Below are positions 1 to 8,800 of a stretch of 32,000 bases of DNA, piece by piece. Under the pieces are notes generated by a model. The model was not told the origin of the DNA, did no database searches, and saw only the letters and a list, made by a program, of their open reading frames with translations. Positions within the stretch are counted from its first letter, which is position 1, and each line of letters starts with the position of its first letter. The DNA comes from Nostoc sp. PCC 7120 = FACHB-418 (lineage in GTDB: Bacteria; Cyanobacteriota; Cyanobacteriia; Cyanobacteriales; Nostocaceae), in assembly GCF_000009705.1 (NCBI RefSeq), contig NC_003272.1, positions 360,001 through 392,000 on the forward strand. The letters are read 5' to 3'. A program made the translations under genes and the position numbers.

Positions 1-55
1 CTCTAAAACAATCATTTTACGTGGACAAATCCTACGCAAATATTATACCATAATC

Positions 56-82
56 AAAGCCGTCCTTCAAGGACGGGGCTTT
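56..82. repeat. GC-rich stem-loop about 100 nt downstream of the hydrolase stop. It may be a terminator or a dispersed hairpin element.
   Basis: Read directly. CCGTCC (60-65) pairs with GGACGG (71-76) around loop TTCAA. Outer AAAGC / GCTTT arms extend the stem. There is no coding potential nearby. Confidence 0.4.
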
Positions 83-107
83 AGACCCAGTTTCTTGGTA
101 AAAATTT

Positions 108-158
108 ATCCGCGTACCCTGCGGGAAGACTTCTCTACGAGACGCTACCGCGAACGTC
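108..158. repeat. GC-rich block resembling a short dispersed repeat (CCGCGTACCCTGCGGGAAG ... CTACGAGACGCTACCGCGAACG).
   Basis: The core TACCCTGCGGGAA (115-127) recurs as TACCCTACGGGAA at 24169-24181. The composition is unlike the surrounding AT-rich spacer, and it matches my recollection of the small dispersed repeats of Nostoc genomes. Confidence 0.4.
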
Positions 159-179
159 AATATCTGTGTCCATCTGCGT

Positions 180-1067
180 TTAACTACAAAAATTTAGTAT
201 ATGTTGAGCCGTAATTTCTGGTTGTTCTAAATGGGGAATATGTCCACAATCTTCAATCCAAATTAGTTGACTATGGGGAATTGCTCTTTTAAATCTTTTA
301 CCGTCTTCCGTACCCAAAATCTTATCAGTATCACCCCACAAAATGAGGGTCGGCGACATAATTTCTGCCAGTTGCTTAAATCTGAAAGCTGTGTATCCAC
401 CACTTTTGGTAAAAGCAATTAAAGCTTCAGGCCAGCTAGGCATTTCTAAATGTAATGCACCACAATATAAAGCATCGACAGTGGCAAGGTTCTGATTTTT
501 GTAAGCAGCACGAGAAACGCGATCGCGCACTTTTGGACTACGCAAAAATTGCGCGGCTAAATAATCCAACGGGGGAAACATGAATTTACTTAGCGGTGAA
601 CCCCCCCGTAAGCCAGCGCTGTCAATTAACACTAGTTTCTGCACCGCTTCTGGATAAGTCAGGGTAAAATCAATCGCGGCTGCACCCCCCATTGATGCAC
701 CAACTAAAATCACAGGTTGGTTAATCAGGGTTTTCCAAAAGGAATGTAGGTGAGTTCTAATGGCAATAGGGCTAAATTTTATCCCTGGTAGCCTTTGCGT
801 AAATCCAAAACCCAACAAATCCACAGCCCAAGTTTCATTCTCTTTCCCTAACAGTGGCAAAAGACGACGAAATTCCAGCACCGAACTATCGAAGCCATGA
901 ATTAATAAAATTGGCGTACCACCGCCACCTTGACGTACATAGGCTGTGGTGATTGGTTGATTACTCAGGGGAGTAGCGATCGCTTGAGTGTGAATACTCT
1001 TAGCTAAGGCGATCGATTCAGATTCGGTAAGTTGCCCGACTGCGGCAGGTAAAAAACTTGGAAACAT
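180..1067 (-). CDS. alpha/beta-fold hydrolase
   Basis: 295-aa ORF with an ATG start. It has HGFDSS near the N-terminus, the nucleophile elbow G-A-S-M-G, a late acidic WGDTDKI and the histidine CGHIPHLE, which is the catalytic-triad order of the alpha/beta hydrolase fold. Confidence 0.8.
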   Translation of the reverse strand: MFPSFLPAAVGQLTESESIALAKSIHTQAIATPLSNQPITTAYVRQGGGGTPILLIHGFDSSVLEFRRLLPLLGKENETWAVDLLGFGFTQRLPGIKFSPIAIRTHLHSFWKTLINQPVILVGASMGGAAAIDFTLTYPEAVQKLVLIDSAGLRGGSPLSKFMFPPLDYLAAQFLRSPKVRDRVSRAAYKNQNLATVDALYCGALHLEMPSWPEALIAFTKSGGYTAFRFKQLAEIMSPTLILWGDTDKILGTEDGKRFKRAIPHSQLIWIEDCGHIPHLEQPEITAQHILNFCS

Positions 1068-1102
1068 GAATTTTAGTTTACCAGAAGCAGGGGTATGAGG
1101 AA

Positions 1103-1130
1103 TTGGTCAATCCCCAATTCCCAACCCCCA
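1103..1130. repeat. Degenerate heptamer array (TTGGTCA ATCCCCA ATTCCCA ACCCCCA) in the hydrolase/ccmK3 divergent spacer.
   Basis: Four consecutive 7-nt units read directly. The units match the STRR2 (TTGGTCA) and STRR1-like (CCCCAAT) heptamers known from heterocystous cyanobacteria. Confidence 0.5.
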
Positions 1131-1219
1131 CAAAAGAAATTTCCCCCTCATCATCACAATGGTGTCTAAAGCCACGTACAATTAATATCACTTAACTTTT
1201 TTTATCAGGAGCTAATGCC

Positions 1220-1531
1220 ATGCCAATGGCGGTTGGCGTAATCGAAACTTTAGGATTTCCGGCTGTGCTAGCGGCAGCAGATGCAATGGTAAAATCTGCC
1301 GCAGTCACCATTGTTTATTATGGTCAAGCGGAGAGCGCCCGCTTGTTAGTTGCTGTGAGGGGACACGTTGCAGAAGTAAGACGAGCTGTTGAGGCGGGAA
1401 TTGAGGCTGGTGAGCAAGCATACGGTGGTGAAGTCATCACCCACTATATAGTTCCCAATCCTCCCGAAAATGTGGTAGATATTCTCCCCATTCACTTTAC
1501 TGAAGAATCAGAACCTTTTCGGATGTTCTAA
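1220..1531 (+). CDS. ccmK3: carboxysome shell protein, BMC domain, CcmK3-type
   Basis: 103 aa with the BMC-domain signature [24 protein letters not shown]. The pore-loop position reads Q-A-E-S instead of the K-I-G-S / R-V-G-S of canonical CcmK, which I recall as the CcmK3 hallmark. AGGAG lies 8 nt upstream of the ATG. The gene is in tandem with ccmK4. Confidence 0.8.
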   Translation: MPMAVGVIETLGFPAVLAAADAMVKSAAVTIVYYGQAESARLLVAVRGHVAEVRRAVEAGIEAGEQAYGGEVITHYIVPNPPENVVDILPIHFTEESEPFRMF

Positions 1532-1619
1532 GCAATTGTGTCATCAAAATATGTAGCAAAGCTTCATACAATGAACTGGTGCGCTCCATAAATTTATTAT
1601 TCATACAGGAGATTATTAA

Positions 1620-1973
1620 ATGTCGTCACTACAGGCAATAGGAGCATTAGAGACTAAGGGATTTCCGGCTGTGTTAGCAGCAGCAGATGCTATGGTCAAA
1701 GCTGGCCGTGTCACCCTTGTGGGTTATATCCGAGTTGGTAGCGCTCGTTTTACAGTCAATATCCGTGGGGATGTTTCGGAAGTTAAGACAGCGATGGCGG
1801 CTGGTGTGGAAGCGGCACAAAATGTTTATGGTGGTACATTAGAGTCCTGGGTGATTATTCCTCGCCCTCATGAAAACGTTGAAGCAGTCCTACCCATAGG
1901 TTATACAGATGCTGTTCAACAATATCGAGATTCTGTAGAAAATCCCATTATCCGTTCATCCAACAGACGATAA
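1620..1973 (+). CDS. ccmK4: carboxysome shell protein, BMC domain, CcmK4-type
   Basis: 117 aa containing [36 protein letters not shown]. It has an R-V-G-S pore loop and a C-terminal extension of about 20 aa. GGAG lies upstream of the ATG. Confidence 0.8.
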   Translation: MSSLQAIGALETKGFPAVLAAADAMVKAGRVTLVGYIRVGSARFTVNIRGDVSEVKTAMAAGVEAAQNVYGGTLESWVIIPRPHENVEAVLPIGYTDAVQQYRDSVENPIIRSSNRR

Positions 1974-1999
1974 ATAATACGAATTCAAAATTAAAGCAA

Positions 2000-2031
2000 A
2001 ACCCCGGTTTCTCAACGAAATCGGGGTTTTT
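2000..2031. terminator. Bidirectional intrinsic terminator between convergent ccmK4 and the sulfate-transport operon.
   Basis: AACCCCGGTTTC (2000-2011) pairs with GAAATCGGGGTT (2017-2028), giving 12 bp with one G-U, around loop TCAAC. It is followed by TTTTT on the + strand and preceded by an A-run that gives a U-tract on the - strand. Confidence 0.75.
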
Positions 2032-2047
2032 AGATTGAACATTATTT

Positions 2048-2314
2048 TTACCAACCACCAACTTTAGTCTCATCCCAGACTTCTAGTTCCAATTCCTGTA
2101 GATAGTTCAGTCCACTTTGGATTTGTGTATTTGTACCTTGTAAATCCAAATCAAACCAGCCATCTCCAACAGCATTGGCTCCTAAAATTGCCGCAGCGAT
2201 GTTTACTGTCAGACCATATTCCGAAACTAGCCGAGAAATCACGGGTTCCTGGTGATAGTCTTTAGGAATCCGTAAGCGAATCCTTTTATTGGTAAGTGTG
2301 TTGTCACTAGCCAT
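2048..2314 (-). CDS. stand-alone NIL (ferredoxin-like) domain protein, last gene of the sulfate-transport operon
   Basis: 88 aa containing RIRLRIPKDYHQEPVISRLVSEYGLTVNIAAAILGANAVGDGWFDLDLQG. This matches the NIL-domain pattern otherwise found at the C-terminus of MetN-type ABC ATPases. It lies 70 nt downstream of cysW on the same strand. Confidence 0.7.
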   Translation of the reverse strand: MASDNTLTNKRIRLRIPKDYHQEPVISRLVSEYGLTVNIAAAILGANAVGDGWFDLDLQGTNTQIQSGLNYLQELELEVWDETKVGGW

Positions 2315-2384
2315 ATATAAACCATTGGTTGATTTTTACTGAAGATTAGGGTGTTGGCTAATAATAAGTATCACCAATTCCCAA

Positions 2385-3260
2385 TTAATCCACATCTTTA
2401 ATGCGAGTTTTGCGTTCTACAATTTCTTTCAATACTAGGGTAACTACTGCTAGTAGTGCTAAAAGTACCGCCGCAGAAAAAGCTGCTTCTGTTTCATACT
2501 GTTTATAAGCTTCCTCTACAAACAATGGCAAACTCTGGGTTTTATTAGCGATATTTCCTGAGACTACGGAGACTGCACCAAATTCACCCATTGCTCTAGC
2601 ATTGGTCAAAATTACACCATATAGCAAGCCCCAGCGAATCCCCGGTAGGGTAACGCGCCAAAATGTCTGCCATTCATTTGCACCCAAAGTTTTAGCGGCT
2701 TCTTCCTGGTCTTTACCAAATTCCTCTAAAACAGGAATTACTTCACGGGCGACAAAAGGCATACTCACAAATGCTGTGGCTAAAACCATCCCCGGAAAGG
2801 CAAAGATAATTCTGATGTCATTGGCCTCAAGTAAAGTCCCAAACCAGCCATTGCGTCCATAAAGCAGCACCAGCATCAAGCCAGCAACTACGGGCGAAAT
2901 AGAGAAGGGTAAGTCAATAATACTTAAAACTAAAGCACGTCCAGGGAATTTATGACGAGCGATCGCCCAAGCTGCACATAAACCAAATACTGTATTTAAA
3001 GGTACGGCAATTAATGCCAACAATACAGTTAATCTGGCAGCACTAAGAAAGTCGCTATGGGTGAGGTTCTCCAAAAATGGCCCCACTCCTTTACTGAAAG
3101 CTTGGACAAAAACGTTGATTGCCGGGATATATTGAATTAACGCTAAATAGGCGATCGCTACAAAAATTAAAATTGTGGGAACCCAACTCTTCTTTTGTGG
3201 CGGTTTAATTTTACCCGTATCAGTCCCAGATGAGTGCGGTTTCGGCTCACTTATTGTCAT
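2385..3260 (-). CDS. cysW: sulfate ABC transporter permease CysW
   Basis: 291 aa and polytopic. It carries the CysW-type motif [26 protein letters not shown] and the EAA-loop region [21 protein letters not shown]. Its start overlaps the cysT stop by 14 nt. Confidence 0.85.
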   Translation of the reverse strand: MTISEPKPHSSGTDTGKIKPPQKKSWVPTILIFVAIAYLALIQYIPAINVFVQAFSKGVGPFLENLTHSDFLSAARLTVLLALIAVPLNTVFGLCAAWAIARHKFPGRALVLSIIDLPFSISPVVAGLMLVLLYGRNGWFGTLLEANDIRIIFAFPGMVLATAFVSMPFVAREVIPVLEEFGKDQEEAAKTLGANEWQTFWRVTLPGIRWGLLYGVILTNARAMGEFGAVSVVSGNIANKTQSLPLFVEEAYKQYETEAAFSAAVLLALLAVVTLVLKEIVERKTRIKDVD

Positions 3261-4116
3261 ATCTTCTCGCCCACCCTTGTAACAGATTAATTCCTAATAG
3301 CAATACCAAAGAAATCGTCAGTAAGACTACACCAATTACTGTTGCGCCTGAATAGTCGTACTGCTCCAATCTCTGGAAAATCAATACAGGCGCAATCAAA
3401 TCTTGAAAGGGCGTGTTAGAAGCAATAATTACAGTCGAGCCATACTCACCAACAGCACGAGAGAAGCCCAAAGCCACACCAGTTAAAATCGAGGGCAACA
3501 AAGGTGGTAGTATCACTTTCGAGAAAGTTTGCCACTGAGAAGCACCCAAAGACCAAGCTGCTTCTTCAACATCATGCTCCATCTCTTGCAGTACAGGTTG
3601 CACTGTCCTGACTACAAACGGTAAGGAAATAAATACCATCGCTACCCAGACACCCAAACGGGTGAATGATACCTTAATCCCCAGTGGCGCTAACAAAGAA
3701 CCAATCCAGCCATTATCACTGTAAACTGTTGCCAATGTTAAGCCCGCTACCGAAGTTGGCAACGCAAAGGGTAAATCTACGGTAGCGTCTATTATTCTTT
3801 TAAGCGGGAAGTCATAGCGTACCAACACCCACGCAATCAATGTACCAAATACGCCGTTGAGTAAAGCGGCAAGTAACGAAGTCACAAAAGTAACATTATA
3901 TGTTGCTAATGCCAGTTCACTAGTAGCTATTTCCCAAAACCTAGCAGGTGGTTCTGTACTGGCTTTAAGAAACATGGCAATTATCGGCACAAATAACATT
4001 ACCGTTAGATACCCAATAGTAATTCGCCATGTCCAAGGCAAATTCACCACTTTATGAATAAACACTTTCCAGCTAGAAGTTTTAATGTCAACTTCCGTAG
4101 TAGGAGATAAAGTCAT
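3247..4116 (-). CDS. cysT: sulfate ABC transporter permease CysT
   Basis: 289 aa. It carries the CysT-type motif [26 protein letters not shown] and the EAA loop [21 protein letters not shown]. Confidence 0.85.
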   Translation of the reverse strand: MTLSPTTEVDIKTSSWKVFIHKVVNLPWTWRITIGYLTVMLFVPIIAMFLKASTEPPARFWEIATSELALATYNVTFVTSLLAALLNGVFGTLIAWVLVRYDFPLKRIIDATVDLPFALPTSVAGLTLATVYSDNGWIGSLLAPLGIKVSFTRLGVWVAMVFISLPFVVRTVQPVLQEMEHDVEEAAWSLGASQWQTFSKVILPPLLPSILTGVALGFSRAVGEYGSTVIIASNTPFQDLIAPVLIFQRLEQYDYSGATVIGVVLLTISLVLLLGINLLQGWARRYDNK

Positions 4117-4259
4117 AAAAAATTCAAAATGAAAAAAACACAGAATATTCAGCCTGATGTGCTGTTAATTGGTAATTGCTCAAAAATTTTACCTATAGCA
4201 TTACTATTTGATTTTTGAGCTATGTGTCAGAGGATCATTGCCAAAAGTATCAGACTGTT

Positions 4260-4276
4260 GGTGGGCATCGCCCACC
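4260..4276 (-). other. GC-rich intercistronic stem-loop between sbpA and cysT.
   Basis: GGTGGGC-ATC-GCCCACC, a 7-bp perfect stem, about 60 nt downstream of the sbpA stop inside a 218-nt intercistronic gap. It is not followed by a U-tract. Confidence 0.45.
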
Positions 4277-4334
4277 ACAAATACTTAAGTATCTATAATC
4301 ATCACATTAAATTCCTCTATTACCCATTACCTAT

Positions 4335-5480
4335 TTACCGATTATTTTTAGCTTGAATTTGGTCAAAAACACCACCATCAGTAAAGAATTTTGTCTCAAT
4401 TGTTGCCCAGCCACCTAAGTCTTGAACAGTACCCAGAGTATTTACTTTGGGAAACTTATCTGTTACTTCTTTCGTTTGAGCAACTTTTTCATCTACTGGT
4501 CGAAAACCTAATTTCACAAACTCTTCTTGTGCTTCTGGAGTATATAAGAATTTGACAAACCCTTCGGCTACTTCTCTATTACCATGCTTATCAACATTCT
4601 TATCTACGACAGCGATAGGATTATCAATAGAAATATTCACACTAGGAATTACATAATCCAACTTTTCACCTTTTTGCTGTGCCAAAATGACTTCATTTTC
4701 GTAATTGATAAGAGCGTCTCCTTGGCCTTGTTTGGCAAATGCATCAGTTGCTTCCCGTGCATCTTTTGTTAAAATTGGCACGTTTCCATAAACCTTAGTC
4801 ACAAATTCTGTTGCCTTAGCTTCATCACCACCAGTTTTGATCACGGAGTTCCACAAAGCTAAGAAGTTCCAGCGAGCAATACCTGATGTTTTAGGATCGG
4901 CAGTAATTACTTTAACATCGTCCTTAGCCAAATCTGCCCATGTTTTGATATCTTTGGGGTTACCTGGACGGATAATGATTGCTGCTACGGATTTGGACAC
5001 AATTCCATTATTAGGAAGTTCTTTTTCCCATCCTGGCTGAATTAACCCTGCTTTCTCAATTTTTTGCGTATCTAAAGCCAGTGCCAAGTGGACAACATCT
5101 GCGTCTAAACCATCGATAACAGCACGGGTTTGAGAACCAGAACCGCCATAACTCTGTCTAAATGTGACAGTTTGGTTATGTTCTTGCTTCCATTTTTCTA
5201 CAAATTTAGGAATAATTGCCTCGTGTGCTGCCTTGGTAACAGCAAAGGACACCAGAGTTAATTCCACATTTGGTTTGTTAGCCGCAACAGGGCTAGCAAT
5301 GGGGTTTTCGGTGGAAGTATTATTGTCATTACCACCTGTGCAGGCGGCAAGCGCCACACTCAAAACAGCCCCAACTAATACCAGCGACACAAAGCTTTTC
5401 AAGGAGTTAAATCTGAACCTATGTTTCCTCTGCTCCGCTAGCAACCACAATTTTTTCGGGGAACGCTGCCACTCACTCAT
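4335..5480 (-). CDS. sbpA: sulfate/thiosulfate-binding periplasmic lipoprotein
   Basis: 381 aa. The signal peptide ends in the lipobox L-A-A-C. The mature part has the sulfate-binding-protein pattern (SYGGSGSQTRAVIDGLDADVV, NPKTSGIARWNFLALW). GGAG lies 6 nt upstream of the ATG. Confidence 0.85.
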   Translation of the reverse strand: MSEWQRSPKKLWLLAEQRKHRFRFNSLKSFVSLVLVGAVLSVALAACTGGNDNNTSTENPIASPVAANKPNVELTLVSFAVTKAAHEAIIPKFVEKWKQEHNQTVTFRQSYGGSGSQTRAVIDGLDADVVHLALALDTQKIEKAGLIQPGWEKELPNNGIVSKSVAAIIIRPGNPKDIKTWADLAKDDVKVITADPKTSGIARWNFLALWNSVIKTGGDEAKATEFVTKVYGNVPILTKDAREATDAFAKQGQGDALINYENEVILAQQKGEKLDYVIPSVNISIDNPIAVVDKNVDKHGNREVAEGFVKFLYTPEAQEEFVKLGFRPVDEKVAQTKEVTDKFPKVNTLGTVQDLGGWATIETKFFTDGGVFDQIQAKNNR

Positions 5481-5573
5481 TTGGATCTCCTCAGCACAAA
5501 TCTACAGTTAATTGGTAGGAATACTGTTATTACAGTTTAAGGGTATTTAGGCAAATAAACAATAAGGGAACTT

Positions 5574-5602
5574 CATATTCTCTATCGAGAATATGGAGAA
5601 TA
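5574..5602. promoter_or_regulatory. Candidate operator upstream of sbpA: an inverted repeat plus a third direct half-site.
   Basis: CATATTCTC (5574-5582), spacer TATC, GAGAATATG (5587-5595), then GAGAATA again at 5596-5602. It lies 94-122 nt upstream of the sbpA start codon. Confidence 0.4.
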
Positions 5603-5850
5603 GAGAAATTTTACCAGTTTGCTTGACAAACTTTTAATCACATCTAGCTACTTTATGATGCAGGTAGCCCGATAGTAGATAGCTGATGATGGCAAAATAT
5701 CTATCAACCTAAGTAGCGATATTCTATTACTCTCGCTAAATAAAAATTCATAATCCTTGATTGTGAAGGCTTTGATAAATCATAAATTTTTACCCCAATT
5801 ACCAGTTACCAAATCCAGAAACAGTCAGACAAAAGCTCTATTACTGAAAA

Positions 5851-8800
5851 TTATCTCGAAGAGATTGGCAGTTTCACAATAAAAGTTGTCTCATCTGTTA
5901 ATGATGACAGACACTCCAAACTTCCTTGATGTTTTTCTACAATCTGGTAACTTATTGATAAACCCAAACCAGTACCTTTACCAACTGGCTTAGTAGTAAA
6001 AAACGGGTCAAATATTTTGCTTATAATATTACTATCTATGCCAATCCCATTATCAGTCACGCGAATAACTGCTTGTTGAGTATCATCTACAATTGTACTA
6101 ATCCGAATTTTTGGACTAAAACTTATTGCTTGACCGTGATATGATTTAGACTTATTTTTTCTTTCTGATAGGGCATCAATAGAGTTAGTAAGCAGATGCA
6201 GGAAAACTTGATTTATTTGACTAGCATCACAGGTAATTTTAGGTAAGTCACCGTATTGTTTGATAATTTCAATATCTGGTAGCCTTTGCTGCAAAATCAT
6301 GAGTGTATTATCGATACCTTCATGAATATCAACTTCTTTAATTGCTGACTCATCTAAGCGTGAGAAGTTACGCAAGGATATAACTATATCACGAATACGT
6401 TCTGCTCCGTTTTTCATCGAAGTGAGCAGCTTGGGCATATCGTCTTTGATAAAGTCTATATCATATTCATCCGCTATTTCCAAAATTGTTTCTTGAGAGT
6501 CTGGGTACTCTGCTTGATAAAAATCGATAATATCTAGTAGGGATTTACTATAATCTTTGATGTGAGTTACATTACCATAAATGAAATTGATAGGATTATT
6601 AATTTCATGAGCTACACCTGCTACTAATTGTCCTAGTGAAGACATTTTTTCATTATGAATTAATTGAGCTTGTGTGCGTTGTAGCTCCCCAAGAATATTT
6701 TGTAGTTGATAATTTTTGTCCTCTAGTTCTTGGGTTCGTTCTTGAACCCGCGCTTCTAATGTTAAATATAACCGCGTATTTTCTAGAGAAATAGCGGCCT
6801 GTGCTGATAAAATTTGTAATACTTCTAGTCTATCCTCAGTAAAAGCATGACTAGTGAGATTATTTTCTAAATATAGAATTCCCGTCAGCTTTCCTTGCGA
6901 AATAATTGGTGATGCAAGTATTGATTTTGGTCGATAATTGATAATATAAGGATCTTTATTGAAATCTTCAGCATGAGACACATCATCCAAAACCAGAGGT
7001 GTCTGAGTTCTTTTTACATAATTAATTACAGACGCTGGTAATACTTGACTATTGGTAATGGGTATAGCTTGTAATGTTGTAATAATGCCTTCCTCTATTA
7101 ATGAGCCTTCAATAACTAAGGTTTCATCTTTTTGAGCGATAAAAAACACCTTCTGCGCCCCTGCATTTTCCTTGGCTAAACACATAAGTTTTTCTAGTAA
7201 TTTTTCTAATACTATTTCGCTACTTAGTGCTTGAGACGCTTTGATTACTGTGGAAATATCTAGAGATAGATTTCTTGTGGAAGTTGTAGCTCCTCTAGTA
7301 AGAGTAATATGTGATTGGATTAGTGTCCCAGTTCTTGTGAGTAAATCAGAATAACGTTTTTCTAAGTCTTTGGCTTTGGCGATCGCCCCCCAACTTATAT
7401 AATTATAATGAGCTTCATCCATATAGCTTTTAGCTAGCTTTGTCCTACCCAATTGTGAGTAAAATATAGCAGCTAGTTCATTAGCGATCGCCATCTCTTG
7501 GATATAACCCTGTTCTTGGGCAAGAATAATAGCACGGTCATAATAATCCATAGCTTGGTATTTTTTGCCCTGAATTTTACATATTTCTGCTTCTACTAAA
7601 TAGAATTTATGTAAAAAATTCATTGGAGCAAATTCCGCCCATTTTCGCATCTTTTCTTGGTTATCTTGTACTTGTGCAAGTATATGTTTTTGACCAGATT
7701 CTGCTTCACAAGGATAAATTGCTAATTGTGTCAGCGAATCATAAAAGTAGAAGATAGGAACCACAAATTGTGCCGTAGCACTACTAATATTTTGAGCCGC
7801 TATACCTGAATGAATCCTGGCTTGCTCATGCTGACCAAATAGATAATTCAGAATAGTTTTGTATAAATGAAAATAGTAAATTCCTAAGTAGTCATTAACA
7901 ATTTCATATTGTGCAAGAAATTCCTGTTCATTATAATTTTCACTCATTAAAGAACAAGCATCTTGAGAGTTATCCATCAAGTTTGAAACAACTTGATAAA
8001 GCATATATTGATGACTCAGTGGCTGTTCTTGTTTTGTTTGACGAATAGCACAGTTAGCATTTTCTATTTTCTGCTTGAGATTATTTAGTTCCTCACCTTG
8101 CCAATATAAAGAACAACACCCAAATTGGTAAAACCATGCTGTATATTCTAAATCTCCACCCTCAAGACTGTATTTTGCTCCCATTTTAGAAAATTGTAGA
8201 GTTTCTCTAAGATGGGTTTTCCAATGAAAAATAAAGTTGCTCACATAAAATAAAATCTTGCCCTTGATAAATGGGCTTAAATCTGCTGTTAAATTTAGTG
8301 CTACTTTGCCTAATTCATAACCTAATTCGCTATCATTAATTACACCGCACAAAATCAGTGCATAAGCTGCATAAGCTATGGGAGAAGAAGCAGAGTTTCC
8401 ATAGAGTAAAGATAATTTTACTCGTGACAAGTTAATCAGCAGCATCAGCTTGGGAGAGACTGAATAAGCAGCAGTGGAAATTGTATCTAAAATTTCCATA
8501 GCAGCCAACGAGTTGACATCAGTCATCTCAGGTAGGTGCAGCAAACCTTGAATGTTATTTCTAGGAATTAAGGAATTAGTTTCTAATAGTACTTGATTAA
8601 CAAAATCATCAGTCGGCTCTTCCGGAAAATCAATTTCTAGCTGATTGAGTAAATTCAAGCCAAGGCTCAAGGCTTCTTGCAACTGTTTTTGAGCTATAGC
8701 TGTTAGAATTTTGAGATTATAAACTTTGATTTTATCTTGTAAGTTATGAGCATTGCCAATCACAACATTTGCTAAATTCTGCATTTTATTAAACTGTCCA

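Noticed and set aside
2602-5511. Plus-strand track ORFs inside the sulfate-transport genes (2602-2862, 3857-4057, 4584-4772, 4837-5040, 5164-5511).
   Set aside because: All lie antisense within well-supported cysW, cysT and sbpA reading frames. They have low-complexity or odd composition and no family motifs, so they are shadow ORFs.
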